Positions 55,410 through 64,000 of a DNA stretch of 64,000 nt are shown here, piece after piece. The DNA lies in the NCBI GenBank assembly GCA_035528115.1, contig DATKZF010000003.1, positions 86,699-150,698 of the forward strand. Direction: 5' to 3'. The notes below the pieces were generated by a model that was not told the DNA's origin, searched no databases, and saw only the letters and a list, made by a program, of their open reading frames with translations. Positions within the stretch are counted from its first letter, which is position 1. Every line of letters starts with the position of its first letter. This DNA comes from Candidatus Bipolaricaulota bacterium (GTDB taxonomy: Bacteria; Patescibacteriota; Patescibacteriia; UBA11705; DATKZF01). The position numbers and the translations under genes are program-made.

Positions 55410-56507
55410 CTACAAGCTACCCATTTTCAACTCCAATATCCTATAAACGCTCTCATCAATCCTGCTTTCCGAAATAACGCCGCTTTTAACGGCTTCAAGC
55501 ACGGCCTCATAAGCTTCGACTTGCTTGTCAAAAGAACTGACATAAAGCAAAATATCATTACCGGCCAGCACGGCTTTGATTGCAATCGCTTGATTTGAAA
55601 AATTATTTTGCAAAGCTCCCATTTCCATGTCGTCGGTAATAATCACGCCTTGATAATTCAATTGCCCGCGCAAAATATCTTGAACAATGATTTTGGATAA
55701 GCTTGAAGGATTCTCAGGATCAATGTTCGGATATTTGATATGGCCGACCATGACAAAACCCGGATCGGCTTCCAGCGCTTTTTTGAATTGCGAAATATTT
55801 TCGTCAAACTCTTCTTTTGACCACTCAACCGTTGGCAAATTCCCGTGCGAATCAATTGAGCCGTTTGAATGTCCCGGAAAATGTTTGATGCACGCGCTGA
55901 TGCCGGCGGCTTGATAGCCGCCAACCATGGCACGTCCGAATTCGCCAAAGTCATCAATCGAGCCCCGAAAAACCCGCGACCACAAAAAGGAATTTTTATC
56001 GGTGATAAAATCAAGCACGGGCGAGAAATTAACATTGAAGCCCAGCGCGCTCAGTTCCTTGCCTCGGTCAAAAGCGACTTTGTAAGCTTGCTCAACATCG
56101 CTGATTGAAGATTGCGCGGTAAATTCTTTAACGCCGGCCACTTTTATTTTCGTCACCGTGCCCCCTTCCTGATCCGTTGAAATCAGCAAAGGATATTCGG
56201 AGCGGCTCTGCAAATCATCGATCAATGAACTCAATTGCTCTTTGTTGTCCGCGTTGTATTTCAATAATATCACGCCGCCGATGTTTTTTTCTTGAATCAA
56301 AGATACGACGTTGGCATCGGGCGCCTCGCCCCAAAAACCGACCACAAACATCTGGCCGACTTTTTCTTCGAGAGTCATGTTGTCTATTGTCTCGGCGATT
56401 CGATCTTTTTCTTGAAAACCGACGAAAGCGTTTTTTTCGAAATAAAACCACGCAAACAGAGCTCCGGCCGAAACGATCAGGATAACGAATAATAGTATTT
56501 TCTTCAT
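55410..56507 (-). CDS. nagZ: GH3 beta-N-acetylhexosaminidase, membrane-anchored
   Basis: TDQEGG, KHFPGHSNGSIDSH, IITDDMEM; N-terminal TM. Confidence 0.9.
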   Translation of the reverse strand: MKKILLFVILIVSAGALFAWFYFEKNAFVGFQEKDRIAETIDNMTLEEKVGQMFVVGFWGEAPDANVVSLIQEKNIGGVILLKYNADNKEQLSSLIDDLQSRSEYPLLISTDQEGGTVTKIKVAGVKEFTAQSSISDVEQAYKVAFDRGKELSALGFNVNFSPVLDFITDKNSFLWSRVFRGSIDDFGEFGRAMVGGYQAAGISACIKHFPGHSNGSIDSHGNLPTVEWSKEEFDENISQFKKALEADPGFVMVGHIKYPNIDPENPSSLSKIIVQDILRGQLNYQGVIITDDMEMGALQNNFSNQAIAIKAVLAGNDILLYVSSFDKQVEAYEAVLEAVKSGVISESRIDESVYRILELKMGSL

Positions 56508-56558
56508 ACTTATTGCCTTTTTAATCAAAATATTATATAATCATTAGCGTATCAACAT

Positions 56559-56645
56559 GGGTCGGTACCAAAGCGGTCAACTGGGGCAGACTGTAAATCT
56601 GCTGGCCTTGCGCCTTCGGTGGTTCGAATCCGCCCCGGCCCACCA
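56559..56645 (+). tRNA. tRNA-Tyr(GTA)
   Basis: GGGTCGG/CCGGCCC acceptor, GCAGA-CTGTAAA-TCTGC anticodon arm, long variable arm, GGTTCGAATCC, CCA. Confidence 0.95.
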
Positions 56646-56725
56646 TTCGACTCGCTCCGCTCGCTCATGGTGTTCCACCACCTGAATATGCGAAGCGAGG
56701 CGAATACCATAAGCGGCGTCGAAGG
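56641..56725. repeat. TTCGAC..GCTCA-type REP pair after tRNA-Tyr
   Basis: CACCATTCGACTCGCTCCGCTCGCTCATGGTG and the inverted ACCATAAGCGGCGTCGAAGG. Confidence 0.6.
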
Positions 56726-56807
56726 ACAATATCATAGCTCACCATGTCGTTCGCAGCGCGGCCATAAAACAAAGAGGTAAATAACCTTTTTTTTTAAAAA
56801 AACAAAT

Positions 56808-57860
56808 ATGAAAAATCTTCAAGCCAAGGATCTTGAACATCTTCTTTCAAAAAACCCCACCCAAAAACAAAATACTCTTATTTTGTTAGCTGCCAAAAAA
56901 TTGCATTGTGCCGTGAACACAATCGGTTATTTGCAAACATCGGGCAGAGACGAAGAATACGCGGACACACCTTTTTTTGAAATATCTCGCCAAGGAAAAA
57001 ACTTGCTGATGGTCGGCGCGACTTCGCAAGACACCAGCTATTTGGGCATGAAGCTCGCCGTCAATAAACAAATAACAACTCAATACTTGAAAAAACATGG
57101 GCTGCCGGTGCCTTTTCAAATACAAATAAAAAACCCGAAAGATTTTGAAAAAATTTTCAAAAAACACAGCGCCATTATAATTAAACCCGTCGCCTCACGA
57201 GCGGGCAAAGGCGTTTTCGGCAATGTAACGAATCAACGCCAAGCCAATACCGCTTTTAAAATAATTAAAAAGGCGATGCCGCGAATGCAGGTTATCGCCG
57301 AAGAGCAAATATCAGGCAATGAATATCGAGTGGTGGTGATCAACGGCAAATTCGCCGCGGCCATCTATTATCAACCGCCGATTGTTTTGGGTGATGGCGT
57401 CTCTTCCATTAAAACTCTCATCGCGAATGAAAATGCTTCTCCCTTGAGAAAAAAAGGCTGGCTGCATCAGATAAAAGTGAACAAGGCTCTCAAGATCAAT
57501 CTACAGTCCGAGGGATTGGCCTTGTCCAGCGTTCCCGAAAAAGGCATAGAGGTCGTGCTGCATCGCGCCGCTCCGATCTCTAACGGAGGAATTTTGATTG
57601 ACGCGACCGACACTGTTGGCAAAGCCAATATCGCGTTGATGGAAAAAACCGCCAAATTGATAAGATTGAATATTGTCGGCATAGACGTCATCGCGCCCTC
57701 TCTTAAAAACCCTATTATTTCAACGAACGGCAAAATAATCGAAGTAAATGGCGGACCGGATTTACGCATTCATTACAATGTTCATCGCGGCAAACAACGG
57801 AATTTGTCGGAAAATATCTTGCGCGATTTCTTCAAAATCTCCGCTCCGAAAAAAAGTTAA
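56808..57860 (+). CDS. ATP-grasp ligase (cyanophycin synthetase/GshF-like ATP-grasp domain)
   Basis: IIKPVASRAGKGV, EEQISGNEYRVVV, VLGDGVSSIKTLI, GIDVI, IIEVNGGP. Confidence 0.8.
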   Translation: MKNLQAKDLEHLLSKNPTQKQNTLILLAAKKLHCAVNTIGYLQTSGRDEEYADTPFFEISRQGKNLLMVGATSQDTSYLGMKLAVNKQITTQYLKKHGLPVPFQIQIKNPKDFEKIFKKHSAIIIKPVASRAGKGVFGNVTNQRQANTAFKIIKKAMPRMQVIAEEQISGNEYRVVVINGKFAAAIYYQPPIVLGDGVSSIKTLIANENASPLRKKGWLHQIKVNKALKINLQSEGLALSSVPEKGIEVVLHRAAPISNGGILIDATDTVGKANIALMEKTAKLIRLNIVGIDVIAPSLKNPIISTNGKIIEVNGGPDLRIHYNVHRGKQRNLSENILRDFFKISAPKKS

Positions 57861-57864
57861 ACTG

Positions 57865-59169
57865 TTATTTAATAATTTTCTTTATCTCTTTTTTATAATC
57901 TTCCACCGCCGGTTGATCGAAAGAGTTGACATTCATCAGCTTGGCGAGATACATCGTCTCCAACATTCTAACCTGCATGTAAAATCCCAACGCTTTTTCC
58001 GAGATCGCGGGCAAAGTCCAGACCGCGAGCGGCAAAGCGTTTTTTTTGTAGGCGGCCGCGACTCCGCGAACGAACGCGGACATGATGGCAGAAAACTTTT
58101 TACCCTTGATGGAATCAATCAAGCCGGGGAACAAAAGATTGTTTGGCGCGGCCAACGTTGAATCATCGCGGGCGTAAATGATATCAGTGAATTTATCAGC
58201 CGGTCCGCCGAAAAAAAGCTGGGCCGTCGAATGCAGATCATTGGTGCCGATCGAGACGATCGGCGTAAATCCCGCTCGGACAACTTTGCCGGCCAGATTT
58301 TTTTTCTTGCCGAGTGACTCGGCCATCAATTGCTGCTGCCATCTGCCACAAGACTCCAGCTCCGGATTGAAATAAAAAGCGTTGTAAATATTCATGCCCT
58401 TTTTATTGTTCAAATAAATCGAAATCGCGCTTTTGGCCGCGATATTTTTTTTCAAATCGGCTTTAGTGCAGTCTTTGACCGCTAAAGCGGCGCCTTGCCG
58501 CAACAAATCGATATTGACTCCGGCCAGATGCAAAGGTAAAAGTCCCGCCGGCGAAAAAATAGAATATCGGCCTCCCACGACCTTGGGGATTTCCATCAAC
58601 GCGATTTTCTTGGCCAAAGCATTTTTCCATAAAGCCGAATCGCGATCCGACACGACAATCAGTCTGGACAAAACTTTTTTAAATTTTAAAGATATCCTGG
58701 AAATTAAAGTTTCCAGATTGACCACGGTTTCGAGCGTCGAGCCGGATTTGCTCGCCGCGATAATGACGAATTCTTTTTCGCTTTTTAAACTTTTTAATTT
58801 TGCCGCGATCAAATTCAATTTCTCAACGTCAAGCGTATCCAAAAAAATCATTTTGGGAAATCTTTTTTCATTCAAACAATCGTTCGCGCCAAGCAACGCT
58901 TCATAAACGGCTCTGGTTCCCAAGCTCGAGCCGCCAATGCCGATCAATACGATTTGTTTCAGTTGCTTCGTTTTGAACGGTTTGGCGAAACTTTTTACGG
59001 CTGAGATCAAATTTTTATCGCCGGGCAATTGCGCTGACGCTTCCGGCGCCGCATAATCGCGACGGCTTGAGATTTTCGATAACTCTTTGGCATACGCGGA
59101 CAGCTTTTTCCAAGCGGCCGCTGATTGTTTCTTTTGCGTTTTTGATTCTCCTAATTCGATTGAAATCAT
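57865..59169 (-). CDS. pgi: Glucose-6-phosphate isomerase
   Basis: IGIGGSSLG, SKSGSTLET, VGGRYS, QLMAESLGK, FDQPAVEDYK. Confidence 0.92.
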   Translation of the reverse strand: MISIELGESKTQKKQSAAAWKKLSAYAKELSKISSRRDYAAPEASAQLPGDKNLISAVKSFAKPFKTKQLKQIVLIGIGGSSLGTRAVYEALLGANDCLNEKRFPKMIFLDTLDVEKLNLIAAKLKSLKSEKEFVIIAASKSGSTLETVVNLETLISRISLKFKKVLSRLIVVSDRDSALWKNALAKKIALMEIPKVVGGRYSIFSPAGLLPLHLAGVNIDLLRQGAALAVKDCTKADLKKNIAAKSAISIYLNNKKGMNIYNAFYFNPELESCGRWQQQLMAESLGKKKNLAGKVVRAGFTPIVSIGTNDLHSTAQLFFGGPADKFTDIIYARDDSTLAAPNNLLFPGLIDSIKGKKFSAIMSAFVRGVAAAYKKNALPLAVWTLPAISEKALGFYMQVRMLETMYLAKLMNVNSFDQPAVEDYKKEIKKIIK

Positions 59170-59185
59170 AAATCGATTCTAATAT

Positions 59186-62100
59186 TTATTCGGCCGGCGT
59201 GACAAAAGTATGATTCGCGTCGTAAACGTAATTTTTGTTTTGAGACATCACTTCGTAATAATATGTGGTGTTCGGCTCCAAATCGGCAATTGTGAATTCA
59301 TGATATGTCACTCTTTTGTCGGATTGAATATCTTGACCGTAATCAAGCGACTCGCCGAAGTTAACCTTGCCCGTGGCCGGATGATTGGTCGTCCAAGTAA
59401 TCGTGACCTCCGTGGCCGACAAACGGGAAATTTTGGTGTTTTCTATGATTGTCGGCTCATTCACGAATAAGTACCCAAATTTAACCAATGTAAACCCGAC
59501 TTGATCGGAAACATCCTGCATTTTTTCTCCGGCGTCAAACGCCAAATTGGCGATTTTTTCTTTAACCGCCACAATCGCCTCTTGTCTGGCTCCAAACAAC
59601 TTCGAATCCGTTCTTCTGGCGAAATTGACCGCTGAAATCATGCCGCCTCCAACCTCTTTATATGAGTTTATCATGGCCAAGGTTGTTTTTTGAGCGGCAT
59701 TTCTGGCCATAGTCAAAAGAAGCGGCGCTGGCATCCTTGGCGACGGAAAAAATCTTATTGGTTATGCCGCTCGCGACCTTAACGCCTTCGTTAACGTTTT
59801 TAACCATGATGTTGTTTCTCTGAGTCGCGTTTTCAATCGCTCCGGCATATGAATTTATCATAGCCAGGGTTGTTTTTTGAACGACGTTTCTGGCCATAGT
59901 CAAAAAAACGGAACTGGCATTTTGAGCGGCGGAAAAAATCTTATTGGTTATGCCGCTCGCGACCTTAACGCCTTCGTTAACGTTATTAACCATGGCATTA
60001 TTTCTCTGAATCGCGTTTTCAGTCGCTCCGGAAATGGCTAAAATGGTCGATGACACTCCAGATCTGAGCCCGGCAAACAATGAATTGGCCGTGCCGGGCG
60101 CTCCGGATGATAATACAGCCAAGCCGTCGCCGAGCATTTCCATTATATTAGTTCCCAAAAACGACAAAGCCCGCTGAGTCGCGTCAAACGATCCTTTCGC
60201 CACTCCGCCGATCTGTCCGGTCACCTCTGTCGCGAACTGATCAAACGAGTCGTTCACATTTCTAGATACATTGATAATGGCCTCGGTCAATTGATCCAAG
60301 CCGGCCTTTGTTCTTTCAATAAATGATGGACCGGACGGCTCGATCGGAACAGTGATTTCAGTCGGCTCTTCCGAAATTTCTTCAATTGGAATTTCCGTCG
60401 GCTCAATCAACGGCTCTTCTTTCGCGGGGATTTCTTCTTTCGGCGCCACCACTATCTTTTCTTTCGGTTCTATTTTCAAATAAATCACGTCCGAAGCGCC
60501 GACATTGCCCGCGCGATCATAACCGTTCATTGAAATTCTGTATTCACCGAAATCCAAAGCCTGCGTTGGAGTGAATTCGAAATTGGCGTACTTGTCCGAT
60601 TTATTTTGAGTATTGTCTGAAATTTCGGTTTTGTCAGACAACCAATTAAGGCTCGGAATATTAACGGTCGCCAGCGTATGCAAACCATACACGCCCACGC
60701 CGTTCTTTTTTTCTATTTTAATGGAAATTTTATCAGGTCCTGACGCGACTTTATTGGACATTGAATCTCCGGCCAAATAATCCAAAATTTTACCGAAAAT
60801 GCTCGGAGTCTGATCGCTGGTCATAAAACTATCGCTTGAAAAATAAACACCGTTTATATAAGTGACCAAAACAGTCGGGGCGCTTTTATCCACGAAAATT
60901 GTTCCGGTTGAATTCTTTTTGTTGCCGGAAATATCCGTGGACGTCAAAGTCCAATTTCTTTCGCCCTCTTTTAATTCACCGTCATTCTCCGACGAAAGCC
61001 AGTCGGCGGAAGTTCTAGTCTGAACTGAAATTGAATTATTGGTCGAATCAAAATCATTGAAATTCTTATAATTCACGAAATATTTGCCTGCCGAATAATC
61101 GGCTGACAAACCGGCGATGTTTTCAAGGTTAAAATCTCCGCTGTCGCCGTTATCGGCGCTGATTGAATATTTGGAATAAAGCTCGACCGCCGCGGCCGGC
61201 ACCAGCCAGCTGAAATAAGGCCGCGTCGCATTGGTGTAAATGTGATCGGAAATCAATTTTATCGACAGCGCCGGATCGGTAATATCGTATATAACAAAGG
61301 AATCGGACGCCACCGCAGAGGTATTACCCAAGCTGTCTTTGGCCCAAATATATATTGTGTGTTCGCCCGGCGACAAAGCCGAAGGAACCTGACAGAAAAA
61401 TTTTTCGGACAAATCGCCGAAACTGCCGTCCTGCGCTTGGCAATTGAATTCGCTGCCTTCAAGCGAATCGAGCCTAAAAACAACAAGTGAAATAGGGCTG
61501 GTCGAGTCAATGGCCGAACCTGTCAGCTCGGGAGAAATATCAATTCCAGGATCCGGAAAAATGGCGTCAATCGCCAAACTGGGCGGCGTCGAATCCGTCG
61601 ACGAGCTGGGAGAGCCGCCGCCGCCGGAAGGAGTCGGCGTGGTCGGAGACGTTATTTCAAAAGAATCGCTATAAGCGGAATCAGCGCTCCAATTGCTTAA
61701 AGAATCTCTGGCTCGAACATACACCGTGTGATTGCCCACGGACAAATCAATGGTCACTTCGCAAGAAAAATCTTCCGATAATGAATCAAATGTCCCGTCA
61801 TCGGCCGTGCAACTTCGCCAACTGCCTGATGTTGAATCCATTTGAAATTGAACATAGCTGATGGTGTTGCCCGCATCCGTCACAGAACCCGTAAAAGTCG
61901 GTTTCGTCTCCGACCCCGGATCCGGCGAAAGAGCGTCCAGGGAAATAATCGGCGCGGAGGCGTCAATGGTGAATGAATCCGTGCCGTAATTTATGGCCGC
62001 GGTCGTATTGGACGCCGAATCGGTCGCCCTCACGCTGATTGTTTCAGCGCCGTCAGCCAAGGCCGATCCATATTCGCAAGAAAAATCTTCCGATACTTCG

Positions 62101-64000
62101 TCTATTGTTCCATCATCGGCCGCGCAAGCCACCCAATTGCCTGGATCAGAACCGAATTCTATTTCAATCGCGGTCAACACGGTGGTGGCGTCAGTGGCCG
62201 CGCCGGTGATTGTCGGAGTATTGTCATTGGTGGGATCGGGCGCGACCGCGTCAATTGAAACGGTCGGAGCCGTGGCGTCAATGGTGAATGAATCCGTTGA
62301 AACATCAATATCGGCCGTGGTGTTGCCGTTGGAATCGGTTGCTCTCACATTCATGGTGTGAGCGCCATCTGCTATCGGAGTTGAAACAGAGCAAGTAAAA
62401 TCTTCGCTGGCTGAATTAAAAGTGCCGTCATCGGCCGAGCAATCAGTCCAAGCCCCTCCTACTCCGTCAAGCTGATATTCGACCGAAGCGACCGTGCCCA
62501 CCGCGTCAAGGGCATTGCCCGTAAAAGTCGGCGTATTGTCATTCGATGGATCAGGCGAAAGAGCATCAAACGAAATAACCGGGGGCGTGGCATCGCTAAC
62601 CAAATACACGATGCTGATGCTGGTGAAAGTCGGTGTGACCGTAGTATCCGTATTGGTCAAAGTTATTTCGTATTGAGCGTATCTTTCAGTGTCAGTGACG
62701 CAGGAAGTGCTGCCGAGAGTCGTTCCGGATGAAATGGATTCGCACCCGGAAAAATCTCCGGGCATGTTCGAATCATTTGATGTTCTGACTCTGACTTCGT
62801 ATGAAGCATTGGCAGGCGCGGTGGCAGAATAAGTTAACGATCCCCAATTAGACCCCTGCTCGGAATCGAAAATCGAAGAGGTCAAGGCGCCGCTCGAGGC
62901 GTAATTATTCAAACTAAAATCATCCAAATAAACGGTCTGGCCGGCTTTCACTTGAACGCCGTAATCGCGAGCCGCATTGGCGCCCGTGACCGTGCCTGAT
63001 AATTCATACCAGCCGCCGCCCATGTCAGTGTAAGATGTAGTCACCGTGGAGCCGTTGTAATAAAGCTCGGCATCGCTTGAAGCCACGGCCGAGCCGTCGG
63101 TATACGCATAGGCCGTTAAATTGTAATTATTCGTATCGCCGACATTGATTGATTGCGTGAAATTCGTCGCGTCTCCGGCCACCACCTTCGCTGAAGCAGT
63201 ACTGCCGTTAAACGCGACGCCGGCGTCTCGCGTCGCCGAATAAAAAGGGTATTGAAGTCCTGAGCCGCTATTGTAGAGTAATGAAGCTTCATCTCCGGAA
63301 ATGGCTCTGGACCAGATTCCGACTTCATCGGCCTGACCGCCGAAATAATATCCGCCGCCTATATATCCGCCGATTGTCAGCGACGTGGCCGCGTTTACGC
63401 CAAGCGTCGCTGGAAGGACTGGAGGGGCTGACGCCCAAGATACGGGAGATCCATTAACGTATAATGTGGCCGTCCCAGTAGAAAATGTAATAACAATATT
63501 ATACCAAGTATTATTGGTTGGTTTGAAAGGAGAAAACAAATTATATCTTAACGATCCATTATAAATCACAAAAACCAATTTGTAGGCATTTGTGGGGACT
63601 CCATCAGTATAAAAATACCAACCATTGTCCAATGTGTTTATTTTTCCATGCAACCACTTCGTATTCGCATCGGTCCACTTGAACCAACCCGAAAAAGTCA
63701 AGTCGGTTGTCTGATGCAAATTGACGGTATCGGGAATATTTACATAATTAGTATTGGCGGCAATGAAATTACCGCCGCTGTTGATAACGCCTGTTGTCCA
63801 TTGACTGCCCAAAGAGCCCTGCCAAGTGCCATCGCTTGAATTGACAGAATCCGCCACGTTCGTGCCGGTATTTTCATCAAAAGTCCAATACGCCGCCAGA
63901 TTGCCATCAAGCGACGCCGCGACCGAACTCCAGCCGGTCAAATCGTACTCAAAATCCGTGTTGGAAAATTGTTCGGTATTTGTTAATGTCAATTGATTGG
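59186..64000 (-). pseudogene. Giant secreted LamG + Ig-like-repeat + FN3 protein, 5' partial, split by a 1-bp frameshift near 59715
   Basis: ORFs 59658-63992 (open to the window end) and 59186-59734 share a tandem repeat across frames. LamG (AYWTFDE..DEVGIW), four D.T.P..PDP..CxADDGTF repeats, FN3 (ITWTTN..LEPNTTYYY). Confidence 0.75.
59660..60030. repeat. 186-bp (62-aa) intragenic tandem duplication
   Basis: aatcttattggttatgccgctcgcgacc at 59751 and 59937. Confidence 0.85.

Overview
A 64-kb chromosomal window, most likely from a Patescibacteria/CPR (Parcubacteria-like) bacterium. The lineage is inferred from gene content, not from a database search. Almost all genes lie on the minus strand. 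In order the window holds: (1) a VirB4/TraC-like/PrgI/VirB6 T4SS-like cluster; (2) RAYT 1, a lamin-tail surface protein and RAYT 2; (3) three large secreted or S-layer-like proteins sharing one domain, bracketed by two ECF sigma/anti-sigma pairs; (4) a Fur-family regulator, tRNA-Gln, HU and dnaX; (5) a 13-kb surface-glycan locus with GT4s, asnB, a radical SAM enzyme, six methyltransferases, a flippase and RAYT 3; (6) a VirD4-like ATPase, pheST, ricT, tsf, rpsB, nagZ, tRNA-Tyr, an ATP-grasp ligase and pgi; (7) a frameshifted giant LamG/Ig-repeat protein that runs off the window end. Two of the three REP-associated tyrosine (HUH/Y1) transposase homologues look intact and are flanked by their own hairpins; the third lacks its catalytic residues. 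The most unusual signal is non-coding. Five copies of a converging 39/40-bp-period repeat element are present, together with a family of small palindromes carrying a CCTG foot. These and related short palindromes sit inside other repeats, inside each other, in the rpsB leader, on the CCA ends of both tRNAs, and in frame within one gene. Product calls come from motif recognition by eye and need HMM confirmation.
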